Notes under the pieces: generated by a model
What the model saw: the letters and a program-made list of their open reading frames with translations, nothing else
Database searches by the model: none
Told to the model about the DNA's origin: nothing
Translations under genes and position numbers: made by a program
Assembly (NCBI GenBank): GCA_002811645.1
Contig: PDIP01000049.1
Coordinates: 86,517-150,516 of the forward strand
Length of the DNA stretch: 64,000 nt
Direction: 5' to 3'
From: Corallochytrium limacisporum Hawaii
Lineage: Eukaryota > Protista > Pluriformea
In this document: one piece after another, positions 22,554 through 32,855 of the stretch
Layout of the letters: every line of letters begins with the position of its first letter
Position numbering within the stretch: the first letter of the stretch is position 1

Positions 22554-25019
22554 TCAGGCGGCAGTGCTGCTGGCCGTGGTCACATTGAGGTCCTGCAGGG
22601 CTTCCGCCTCGTTGTTTCGACGCACTACCGCCGCTCGATAGAGGCGTCGCCATTCCGCGAGTGTACGGCCCTCGAGCTGGGTCTGTGGATCGCAATCTGC
22701 GGCGGGCTGCTGATACCAGGCATGCAGAGCTTTTGCCAGTTTCGGACCGGCCTCAACGCTGGCCTCCGTGATAGCCTGCAAAGAAGCCTCCGACTTGGCC
22801 ACCAGTTGGCCATTACTCACGGCCAAGGGTTCGAGTAACTCGTTGTCTAAAGAGTGTTGCGGGAGATGGCGCACAAAGCGTTCTCCCATGTGCAGACAGT
22901 CCTCAGGAGCCAGCAGCAGCGCATCGACCAGCAGGCTCAAGTTCTCTCGGCCATTGATGATCAGGGGTGTTTTCGTCATTGCAGGGGACGGTGACTGATT
23001 TGTGGCGTCATCTGAGGCTCTATTTGCCTCAGCGGCAAGGCATTCGTCCCACTGCAGGAAAGTGTTGACAGTCGCGGCCTGCCAGCGATGACGCATGCCA
23101 TCCGCCACGCCGAAGACGAGATCGAGCGCAAAGAGGTCTGTGGCGCTCGGATTGGTCGCACAGTTGCCTTGGACCATTGATCGGTGCAGGGAGACCTTCC
23201 ATTTCGTCTGCAAAGCCCTTTGTAGCACGGAGATGGACTGGTCCATGGCACTGTGACTGGACGTACCCGAGGCCTGGAAAGCACGCGGGCCCATAGTCAC
23301 CGCAGCGTGGTTGTACTGCAAATCGTGGTTGGCGACCAGGGAGTCCAAACCTTGACCCTGGTGCGGCTGGTCCATTTTCTGTTTAATCATACGGCGGTAA
23401 GTGTGATCACCATCATTGCCATCATATTCGTCAGCAACTTTGTGACCCTCGGCATCCAGTGCCGATGGATCACCAATTGCGGACGCGAACGCCTGGCTGC
23501 GGACGAAGCCGAGCCCTTGCACCGCGACAGTGTCGCCGATGAGTTGGCGCCACTGCGGATGGTGCGGTATGACTGTCGACATCAAATTCGGTTCCTGTGA
23601 CAGCGGATCGTCGATAGTAAATTCTTCCTCCTGGTCACGACAAAGAGCCTCATTGTTCCGCACAGTGGCCGCGGACGGCGCACTCAGTCCCAGTCCAGCG
23701 CGGTGGCGCAAATTAGCCTGCTGTTTGAGGCACTTGGCTTTCATCATTGCGTTCTCCCGTATGGATTCCTCTAACTCCTTGACGTTGCCAATGAGCTGTC
23801 GCTGGCGTGACTCGAGCTCAAAACGGCGGCGCTCTAGACTGTCCCTGTGCTCAGACTGGCGCTGTTTGGAGCTCTCCAATGAAGCGATTTCGCGGTTGAC
23901 TACATCAATTGCGGCCTCTTCTGCCTCAACGTCAGCGAGCAAAGGTAGATCCAGGCCAGCTGATGCGGCGCCCAGGGCACTGCGCCACTCCATATCCAGC
24001 TCGGCGGTCTCCTGAAGTAGCCGCTGGACATCGATGTAGCGTTTGTTCTCGTTCTCGCGCAGGAGGTGCAGCTGGCGATATAGGCGTGCCGGAATGTTTG
24101 CTTCTACCGCGGAAGCAGCAGAAGCAATCGATGACCCCTCCTTCAAGTACTCACCATGGCTCCCTCTCTTCTTCAGATGGGTGGGCATTATGATGAGATT
24201 GTCACCTTCTTCCTCGTCACTGTCGTCTTCATCATCGTCATCCAATATAATTCTCGAAGGCTGTTGCTTGCTCTCTTCGCCTGATGCCTTCTTCCGCTCG
24301 TTCCCGTCGGCGGCAGGCCCGTTGGCATTGCTCAGGATTCTGGTACTACCCTCAAGCAGGAGACGATCCTGCTCTTCGTCATGCGCTGAGATCAGGCCCT
24401 TGACGTCCAGGCTCTGACGTCGCGCATCCTCGGAAAGTCGTGCGAGGGTGTCCGGTGCGGACGCGAGGGCTATCTCACTCGAGTCAGTGACACCGAGCTT
24501 GAGCACGTTGTCGGTTTGTACCTGCAGGCGGTCTCTGAGATCGGCAATATCACGGGCCTTGGTCTTGAGCACGAGGCCCGCAGACCGCTGCGTTGCGGTT
24601 GACACTTCCTGCGCTCTGATCGCGGAATGAAGGCGTTGTATTTCCTGCCGCAGCTCCATGGCTTCCCGGCTCAATTCAGTTATCTGACGCCTGAGCATTT
24701 CATCTTCACTAACTGTGACCAGGTGTTCTTGGCTGTCTTCCACAGCGGTCGACCCACCTTGCTGCTTAAGGTACTGCGCCCGAAGATTGTGCCGAATTGT
24801 GTTGATTCTGCGACTGCTGTACACATGACTGGCCAGAATGGGCCATAGAGACTTCATGGGCCACCGGTTTCCAAGACTGTGCAGTGCATGCTCCGTTGGA
24901 ATAACTGCTTCCGGACACTGCAATTCCTCGCGCATCCAATGCTGCAGCTGGGCGGGGCTGAAATCAGTGACATTCCCGACTGTATCGACAGGAGCTTGAA
25001 CGGGCACTGAAACAGGCAT
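22554..25019 (-). CDS. HAUS5: HAUS augmin-like complex subunit 5
   Basis: N-terminal LQHWMREEL...LWPILASHVYSSRRINTIRHNL and C-terminal WYQQPA...EGRTLAEW match HAUS5 termini; coiled coils; first ATG at 25019. Confidence 0.8.
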   Translation of the reverse strand: MPVSVPVQAPVDTVGNVTDFSPAQLQHWMREELQCPEAVIPTEHALHSLGNRWPMKSLWPILASHVYSSRRINTIRHNLRAQYLKQQGGSTAVEDSQEHLVTVSEDEMLRRQITELSREAMELRQEIQRLHSAIRAQEVSTATQRSAGLVLKTKARDIADLRDRLQVQTDNVLKLGVTDSSEIALASAPDTLARLSEDARRQSLDVKGLISAHDEEQDRLLLEGSTRILSNANGPAADGNERKKASGEESKQQPSRIILDDDDEDDSDEEEGDNLIIMPTHLKKRGSHGEYLKEGSSIASAASAVEANIPARLYRQLHLLRENENKRYIDVQRLLQETAELDMEWRSALGAASAGLDLPLLADVEAEEAAIDVVNREIASLESSKQRQSEHRDSLERRRFELESRQRQLIGNVKELEESIRENAMMKAKCLKQQANLRHRAGLGLSAPSAATVRNNEALCRDQEEEFTIDDPLSQEPNLMSTVIPHHPQWRQLIGDTVAVQGLGFVRSQAFASAIGDPSALDAEGHKVADEYDGNDGDHTYRRMIKQKMDQPHQGQGLDSLVANHDLQYNHAAVTMGPRAFQASGTSSHSAMDQSISVLQRALQTKWKVSLHRSMVQGNCATNPSATDLFALDLVFGVADGMRHRWQAATVNTFLQWDECLAAEANRASDDATNQSPSPAMTKTPLIINGRENLSLLVDALLLAPEDCLHMGERFVRHLPQHSLDNELLEPLAVSNGQLVAKSEASLQAITEASVEAGPKLAKALHAWYQQPAADCDPQTQLEGRTLAEWRRLYRAAVVRRNNEAEALQDLNVTTASSTAA

Positions 25020-25467
25020 ATTCAGGCGGAATCTACTAGACAAACTTAACTTGAATCTCTTCCTTCACATGTTCGACTTGGTTGCAAAACCTGGTTCAAG
25101 GTCTAGTATAGCTTACCAATATCAATCTATTCTGACTTGTCATTCGATACACAAGGCATATACTGAGGCACACAGATTTCTGACCCATAAGTAGCCTTGC
25201 AAAACCCCTGCAAAAGCCCAAACAGTCACAACCTAGCAGACAACAGCCTGCCTCCTGCTTCCCACCAGAACAGCCCTTTTCACGAACAAGTGTGGTCCCG
25301 TGCAAAATCAGAGGAAATAATGCCTGGCTGGTGCCGTACCTTACCATCCATCCCACTGTTCAGGAGGAGGAAGTGGGGAGGGGAGGGGGGGTGCGGCTGG
25401 GTCCAAACGAAAACTTTCGCGCCCTTTTCTCCCCTTCCCCAATAAGAGCCCCCCCATTCACCTCTGC

Positions 25468-28149
25468 TCAGCGGACCGGCCCCGACTGTAGGGCCCTGAG
25501 GTATCGCTGATGCCGCCGCAGGTGTTCCATTCTGTGCGACCTCTGCCGCTGCGATCCATTCCCTTCGATGTCAGCGTCGAGCTCATGTGTCCACCGCCGA
25601 ACCTGTGAAAGGATCCATTGGGGCACTCCGGAAGCATGAGAGTTTTGGGCAAGCCACCGGTCGGCCGCTGACGAGCCTCGCCGGACGCGGACAATTGTGC
25701 ACACCGCCGTGTCCGGCTGGACGATAGCCTCTAGCACTTCCGCGTTCTTGTCCAGACACGCCAACCGCAGCATGACAAAATCTAGCCAAGACTCAGGCTT
25801 CTGGGGAAGGACAGGATGCCCAACTGGACCCGTCATGGGGGACGTGGGGACATCCGGACAGATCACAACGCACAGAACACCGTGTTGAGCAATGCGCATG
25901 AGGTACGGTGCGAGATCGCGCCCGACAGTGGACTCCGTTGTAACGATGTACAGCACCTGCCATTGAAATGGTACAGCATTTGTCACAGCACACCCGTCTC
26001 CCCTATCGCAGGGGATGGTCATGTCTTGATCAGTGTTTGAGAGGTAAGCCGTTCTTGTCGCCGCTGATGCATCGTCCGAAACCACGGCAAGGACTAAAGG
26101 CATGACACCCACATTATCATCCACACTATTGTGCTGATCGCATACCTCCATCAATAACGTCAGAAAATCATTAGGCCGATCGCTGTTCCCCGGGCCACAG
26201 CCCCAAGTGTGCAGCTGGAAAGCTAGTTTGCCGTTGTTGTGTGGATTGCGCCAGTTGTTGGCCTGGCTTCCCTCTTTTCCGAACAATGCCTCTCGTAGAC
26301 CATCTTGCCATTGTTGTCGATGGGGAGTGGAGAGCAATTTCCGCGGAATATTCTGAGCTACTGTTGAAACCATGGTCTCCTTCGGTCTTCCTTCCATCTG
26401 ATCAGGCCGGGACACCTCCATGGCCGCGGCCTCGCGGAGAAATCTTTCCTCGATCTCCAGCGAAGCTTCGGACTTTGTCAAGGCCAGGCGGTCCAATACA
26501 TGGCGCAAAGCAACCCCAGCTCTGATGCTGCGGTATCCACGCACCCGCACTGTCCGACCATCTCCAAGGTGCGTCGGTGCAAAGACTGGCAGTACCTCAC
26601 CAGGGATTCGCCAGCGTTGAAGTGTCCGACGGTCTGGCATGGATGGGTACCCGTGCGTCTGTAGAGCCCAGGGCAGTGTGCCCAGACCAAAGCAATGCGT
26701 CTTCTCTTGTTCATCTACCGGACAATAAAACAGCGAGTGTTGTTGTAACGGATCCTCTCCACCACCCATAAGGCATGTCCCACCTCGAAACTCTTCCACG
26801 ACCGACGTCAGGATCTCCGGTAGCACTGCCGCCGAGTGGGTGCTGGCATCGTTCACCGTACAATCTGGTCCAAGCTTTTCCAAGCGTTCAAGCCACGCCG
26901 GGTCATTTAGTGGACCGGCGTAGACCGTAGCAACAGGCCAAGCCATACATGGTTCTTTCTGCGTGTAAATACTGGAGTTACTCTGCTGGCAGTGTTCGCA
27001 AGGCACTGTGAACTCGCGGACGATCTCTATCGCAGAGGCGACTGAAGCGGCTACTTTCTGTCCGATCATCATTGCTGGCAGTGGAGGAGCGTCCAAGAAA
27101 AAGCGATGCCCGCACCGTTCGCAGACACATATTGTTCGTGTTGGGGGTTTGGAGGGAGCGTTGGTCAATGCTCCTCCCTGTTTCCGGACCTTCCGCACTG
27201 CAATCTGGATAGCTGAGGTCGGCTTCGGCACGCGGACGGCGTGTAGTAACTTACCCGTATAACCCTGTCCACTGGCCCTTGCTACTGCCTCCAGCATCGC
27301 TCCTATGGCGAGCCGCAAGGCCACCTCAGAGCGCAAATCTTCAGTGATCTTGCCGGTCAGCGGCCGGTGCCCGGGGGGTAGGATCCAACCAGCGACCTGG
27401 CCAAAGCGGCGCCAGCTAACGTGACGTTCACTGCCCTTCAGCAGAACGCCAGCATCCGTGAAGGTACCGATTATCACTCCATCGTCAGCGAGCATAGTAA
27501 TGGCGAGGTCCATGTGTGGCATCGGCGAGCCAAATGGGTCGAGATGGATGAGGTTATATCGATGACTCTCTTGATCCTTATTCCCATGGTCGCTGGTGCA
27601 TTTGCCGTTCGTGACAAGTGCCAATGGAACTACAGTCAACGGATCACAGTCTTCAAAGTCCCGGGTGCTCGGATAGAAGGTGATATCAGGTAGACGTTGT
27701 GTGGACATCTCTGAATCGTTGATCAGACCGCTCCTGGTTATCTCATATCCCTTCTGCATTAGTGTTCTGCACTGAGGGGAGCGGTCATTACTGACGATCA
27801 GTATAGAACAATAGTTGGTATTGGACTGCTCCCGTGATAACCGGTCTTTTATGTCCAGGTACATTGTGCTCCACATACGGAGCGCACACGCTCCAGTGGC
27901 AGCGAAGCCATCCAGCACCGCCAGCGGCGACGATTTCTCTCTAGGCAGACCCAGTGCCCATTGTCGATCTAGCCACTCTTCGTATAGTGCTCGCAAGGTC
28001 TGCACTGCAAAGTCCCGATTGGGTCGCATGTGGCTGTTGAAGTATCCACCAATCGCCCCCGGAGCAACCGCCACCGCAGGGACCGCGATGGATGCTGCAC
28101 CCTCTGAGCAGAAAGTTGCATCGCTGTCTCTGCCACCACCCTCGGCCAT
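25468..28149 (-). CDS. Trm1-family tRNA N2,N2-dimethylguanosine methyltransferase, TRMT1L-like, with long C-terminal extension
   Basis: YFNSHMRPNRD, VLDGFAATG, IHLDPFGSP, GTFTD, EVALRL, CERC..CEHC, VYAGPL; ATG at 28149. Confidence 0.8.
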   Translation of the reverse strand: MAEGGGRDSDATFCSEGAASIAVPAVAVAPGAIGGYFNSHMRPNRDFAVQTLRALYEEWLDRQWALGLPREKSSPLAVLDGFAATGACALRMWSTMYLDIKDRLSREQSNTNYCSILIVSNDRSPQCRTLMQKGYEITRSGLINDSEMSTQRLPDITFYPSTRDFEDCDPLTVVPLALVTNGKCTSDHGNKDQESHRYNLIHLDPFGSPMPHMDLAITMLADDGVIIGTFTDAGVLLKGSERHVSWRRFGQVAGWILPPGHRPLTGKITEDLRSEVALRLAIGAMLEAVARASGQGYTGKLLHAVRVPKPTSAIQIAVRKVRKQGGALTNAPSKPPTRTICVCERCGHRFFLDAPPLPAMMIGQKVAASVASAIEIVREFTVPCEHCQQSNSSIYTQKEPCMAWPVATVYAGPLNDPAWLERLEKLGPDCTVNDASTHSAAVLPEILTSVVEEFRGGTCLMGGGEDPLQQHSLFYCPVDEQEKTHCFGLGTLPWALQTHGYPSMPDRRTLQRWRIPGEVLPVFAPTHLGDGRTVRVRGYRSIRAGVALRHVLDRLALTKSEASLEIEERFLREAAAMEVSRPDQMEGRPKETMVSTVAQNIPRKLLSTPHRQQWQDGLREALFGKEGSQANNWRNPHNNGKLAFQLHTWGCGPGNSDRPNDFLTLLMEVCDQHNSVDDNVGVMPLVLAVVSDDASAATRTAYLSNTDQDMTIPCDRGDGCAVTNAVPFQWQVLYIVTTESTVGRDLAPYLMRIAQHGVLCVVICPDVPTSPMTGPVGHPVLPQKPESWLDFVMLRLACLDKNAEVLEAIVQPDTAVCTIVRVRRGSSAADRWLAQNSHASGVPQWILSQVRRWTHELDADIEGNGSQRQRSHRMEHLRRHQRYLRALQSGPVR

Positions 28150-28477
28150 CAATCCGTTCTACATTGGTCACATTGTGACCAGTCCTCATGAAACTTAAAT
28201 AGCTGACACGTGTGGACAGTAACTGATAGCACTGATAGCCTTCGGTCCGAACAAATGTTTGTTTTCAACTACCTTTACTACACCTCTCCCAACTCAACCT
28301 CGTTTGTTGGGAGGACGGCGAGGTGGGGTGCAGCGGAGGACAAGAAGCGAACGCAACATAGCAAAGACTGCGGTGGAAACTCACCGTAACTTTCGCCGTC
28401 TTTTTCATGCTGAAGGATGGCAAGGCCTTAATATGGAAACCAGTGCATCCTAGTAAATATTGTGTTTGTGTGTTTAT

Positions 28478-30631
28478 TCAAAGCGCGGAGTCCATGTGGT
28501 CTGCATTCGCACTGTTACCATTTGTTTTCACAGTCGCAGGGGCATTTTCTGCTGCAACTGGTACATCACCGCCGTCCCCCGCGGTGACTGTTGCCTTCAG
28601 GTCGTCTGCCCCTTCTGGAACAGATGTCTCGACCTCCGCAAGGCGCTTCCTATCATTATCATCCGTGCTCATAGCCGACATGCGGTCGCCATCGTACGAC
28701 ATCGCATCGTCATTGTTATTGCTGGTGTCGTTCTTTGAACCATCACCATCAGTGCCGTGTTCTTCTGTATGCGCAGCAGCAGCGCCGGCACTGTCTAGTT
28801 CCGCGGGGATTTTCATGACCGTCGGTGGATGAACTGGAGCATTTCCGCTGGAGTCACTATTATGGTGCAGCGCCGGTGTACCAACCCTTCGGTTTGTCGA
28901 GGTAGACGGTGGCGGCGTCTTGTCCTCATCCATTGATGATGGTCCATTGCTGGGTGCTGCCTGGTCCCCTGGCGTCGATGGAGCCTTTGCATCGGTCGGT
29001 TCTGTTCGAGTCGGGCTCGACTGACTGCGACTGCGAGGCTTCGCATGTCCGCTCAGACTGCGCTTCGATCCACTACCTGTCACAGCCCCTCCTACACCCG
29101 CGTTGCTGGCTGCTGCCGCTGCAGCCGCGGCCGCCAGGTCGGACGAGACCGGCGAAGGGTTGTTCGTCAAGTTCGTTGGCAATGGCCACCGCGCCGCAAC
29201 CAGGGCCGGAGTATTGTCAATTTTTGCCTGCACGGCAGCGCTTGCAGCAGCAGCAGCCGCCGCCGCCTTAACCCCTACTCCGACTTTGCCACCCCCAGCA
29301 GTACTACCGCTACTCGCAGCCGCTCCATCAAACCCAGTAGTGTTGCTTCCGTCTCCGGCCCCTGCAGAACCCATGCTCAACACACCGGGAGCACCCAAGC
29401 CTGAGATACCCACTCCGGGTATGTGCACAGCTGCGGTTGCCATGCCCATTGGGCCGGCGGTGCCAACCAACTGATCGTCTACGTGGTCTAAACGCGGACG
29501 CTTAAAGTCAGGAGCCCCGGCGAAGGCACCTAGTTCACTGCTGACATGGCTTGCCACGTCAGATTCCGCATCACTGACCTCAAACATTGACTCAAAGTCA
29601 TTGTCGAGGACTGAATGGACCATAACGAGTTTCTCCAGACCAAAACAATACTTTCGACAGCTCTTGTAGTGGCGCCAGGGATCAAGGGCTAACTCAATGA
29701 TGCGCTGTATCGTAAACGGTGGACCAGGAGCAGTGTTTAGGCGCCGTAGAATTCGGTTGCGGTAGCTCGCAAAGCTCTCATTATCGCCTTCATTACGTCC
29801 CATTGTGTCTGTCCCATCGCTTGCGGTAGCATTCCGCAGAGCGGCCATGCTTTGCATGAGCAGTTCAACTAGTACGGGTTTCACATCTGTCCATTCGTAA
29901 CGCATGCTGCCCTCCGTTCCCATTTGCCGGATCGCTTCCCGTAGATCGTTGGGCACCGTGTAAGGCTCACGACCCTCCATGATCGGCCCCCGGCTCTCCC
30001 ATTCCCACCGGAATCGGCGGAAGCGCTGTGAAATACTTTCGTCGCCGGCGGCCGCGGGTGTGCCGCCCGAACTCGCGCTCCAAAGGTTGGGCATCGATGC
30101 AGACTGAGCGCTGCCGTCGCTCAGACCTCCGCCACCCGGGCTTTGTCCCCCTGTTGCTTTGTTAATGATGATGGTGGGTTCGTTGGCATGGTGATGTTGT
30201 GATGATGATGACGATGAGCTTCCGCGTAGATCGTTTAGACTGTGTGACCCTCCACCAAAGGAGGACGACAATCCTCCCGTCATTGAACCTTCTTTGTGCG
30301 GGGCAGGTGGTGGAGGCATGTCGTCATCTGCATTATTTGTGCTACTATTGCCCTGCTTAATTGCTGCATTTGGCTCGGCTGTTGGTTCTTCCGTTGTTCC
30401 TGTAACTGACGCAGCATGGGCCGCTTCCTGGGCTGCCAACGCCTCAGATGCTGCCTTCTGTTCCATTGTCGTAGACTGTGTTCCAACATCAGCAGATTCT
30501 AAGTCCGCTGACGGTTCCGTCGCTCCCGGACTGAGAGGATTCTGTGGTGATTTGTGGGCTTTTGGTGACATGGACTCCCCCGATGGTTTATCACTCTCTG
30601 AGACTGCAGGCCGTGTGTCTTCCTGTACCAT
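28478..30631 (-). CDS. PPP4R2: Protein phosphatase 4 regulatory subunit 2
   Basis: YEWTDVKPVL and PPFTIQRIIELALDPWRHYKSCRKYCFGLEKLVMVHS core with disordered flanks. Confidence 0.9.
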   Translation of the reverse strand: MVQEDTRPAVSESDKPSGESMSPKAHKSPQNPLSPGATEPSADLESADVGTQSTTMEQKAASEALAAQEAAHAASVTGTTEEPTAEPNAAIKQGNSSTNNADDDMPPPPAPHKEGSMTGGLSSSFGGGSHSLNDLRGSSSSSSSQHHHANEPTIIINKATGGQSPGGGGLSDGSAQSASMPNLWSASSGGTPAAAGDESISQRFRRFRWEWESRGPIMEGREPYTVPNDLREAIRQMGTEGSMRYEWTDVKPVLVELLMQSMAALRNATASDGTDTMGRNEGDNESFASYRNRILRRLNTAPGPPFTIQRIIELALDPWRHYKSCRKYCFGLEKLVMVHSVLDNDFESMFEVSDAESDVASHVSSELGAFAGAPDFKRPRLDHVDDQLVGTAGPMGMATAAVHIPGVGISGLGAPGVLSMGSAGAGDGSNTTGFDGAAASSGSTAGGGKVGVGVKAAAAAAAASAAVQAKIDNTPALVAARWPLPTNLTNNPSPVSSDLAAAAAAAAASNAGVGGAVTGSGSKRSLSGHAKPRSRSQSSPTRTEPTDAKAPSTPGDQAAPSNGPSSMDEDKTPPPSTSTNRRVGTPALHHNSDSSGNAPVHPPTVMKIPAELDSAGAAAAHTEEHGTDGDGSKNDTSNNNDDAMSYDGDRMSAMSTDDNDRKRLAEVETSVPEGADDLKATVTAGDGGDVPVAAENAPATVKTNGNSANADHMDSAL

Positions 30632-32402
30632 TGTGTTTACAAGTGAGCTCTTTTTAACTGATTGTTGTAACGAAAACTTAATTTGACCGCATGCTTGCTT
30701 CCTTTTTCACTATCGTTAGCTTTGTAAAACGAACATGCTTTTGTTCTGCTAAGAAAGACACTATCGTTGTTTGTTGTTGATATTCGATATGGGATTCACA
30801 CTATTTGCATTCATCTTCTTGCCTGATTTTTACATAAAAAGGAAATATAAATGGTCTCACTTTCACCCAATACAAGGAACCGCTATACATTTGTAAATGG
30901 AGCTGTATTCTCAATAGTTCCCCTGGGTCCAATGATTGACCACATGCCCACAAGTTTCTTTGAACATTCCATATCTTTTGCGGAAATACGTTGATGTCAA
31001 TTGAAAGAAACAAACCACGGCATCTTACTACTGATGAAAAAGATATCTATTTACAACTTGATGGAAATTAACAAGCTCAGAATAATAATTCAGTCCGCAC
31101 GCCGATCTACACTGCTTGGACATCTGCCATCCTTCCCAAACCCCTCGTACACACCACAGTGACCACACCCCTGATCCCGGGAACCACCTCCCTGGAACCG
31201 TGGGTCGACCGCTCTTGGGGTTCGGCTGCCACGACGAAATAATGGGAAAAACTTGGGGGCCGGTCCCGTGGCTCTGCCCCCCCCTTTACAGTACTGAAAC
31301 CACAGGATTCTTATGCTTTTCTTTTTGTGGGTGGCTTCGGGCCGCTCGGGTTGTGTCAAAAGGAAAGAGTGGAAAAAAGGTACACCGGAGCGAGAGCCAC
31401 GGGTCCAAGCCCACCCAGAACAGCACTACACACGAAAAGACTGAGAGAGATGGAGTGTCCAAGCCCAAAACGTACCTCTTTCACCAACTTCCCTGGCCGC
31501 ACGCACACACACAGACACACATGCGCGCGCATACCACCTCCCCCAACCTTTTAGGCAGGCCAGAGAGGAACAGCTAAAGTAGACACCAGGGGGAACACGG
31601 CTATTCTTTCCCGTCAAACTGGTGGAGAGGCATTGCCGATTCGAAACAGCCACTTTCCTGTTCTGTGCAGATATTTTGGTCCCACCCGCCGTTTCCTGCA
31701 GATCAGCAGTGGCCCTGGGCAGGTCCGCGTTCCCTCGGTGCTCCGGTGCCCGGTCACAGTGTCATAGCCCGGAGAGGGGTGGAGGCTTCTCTCCGCTCTG
31801 GTCCCCTGTGGTTCCCCACGTTTACAGCAAATCTCTAACACAACGAAGACTGATACAGAAGTGTCAACACCCAGTGGATATTTTATGCCCAGGGACCGAA
31901 ATGCACCGGCTGATTGTCAGTGATGACGAACTGATCTTGTCGTTGACGGTGTCAATTTGACGGCAATTGGCGAGTCCTGGCAGGTCACTTCGTAGGTGTT
32001 AGTCAAGAGAAACAGAGTGGCCCAAGAATAACAAGCAGAGTACCCAAAAACCCAAACAAGCAGATAATAGCCCTGACGAACTCAACACGCAGCGGGATCA
32101 CATCAGGAGGCAATAATCAGCAGCAGGTGCAGCTTAATGTCGGATTGATAAATATTTTTTGTGGGTCGCTCTGGTCGTGTAAGCTGGGTTGAGCTTTTTT
32201 ATCATGTATGACCCTGGACCCAGCGCCTTAGCGAGAAAGCCTGGGCCACGGGTTGTTGGGCCCGCACTGGCGTGGAGGCCACCGGGCCTAAAACAAAGAC
32301 CCCAGTTTCCATGGACCGCTGAATTCCGGTACATTCATCACTGCCTGTCTTAGTCCGCCGGACGAGAGAGAGAGTAAAGGAGGCCTAGAAAGTGGCCCGG
32401 GA

Positions 32403-32855
32403 GGGGGGGGGAGGGTGGTTGGTTGGTTTGGCAAACGGACTCTGCTTGGGAGGGGGGGGGAAACTTGAGGCAAGGAGGCCGGAAGGGGCCCGGTGGCTTG
32501 CGTCCCGCCGGGCTTGCAGTAGTGAAACTATGGCATCGCGACCAACACAAGCTCGGAACTGCTCCATTTATCTCCCCCCTTTCAGCACTCTCTCGGCTCT
32601 CTCGTTGAGATTTTTCCAACAGGGCCCATTCCAGTACATTGAATACTGCGACGGGCAGCGTCCTTCCCGTTAATTTCATAAAAGTCCCGGATATGTAAAT
32701 ACCAGGCACGGGTTCCGGCCCAGTAAGGGGTAGGGGGTTAGGGGGATTGCGAGTAAGCGGTGGCGAAGCGGGGATTCCACCGCGGGGGAGGCCAGTGGTT
32801 GGTAGGGAGAAGGAGGGAGACAGGGGGAGAGACCCCCCGCGGGGGAGGGGCGGGG
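32403..32855. promoter_or_regulatory. G/C-run island upstream of the kinase gene (PPP4R2 / kinase divergent region)
   Basis: G runs at 32403-32460; C6-GC-G5 at 32833-32845. Confidence 0.5.
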
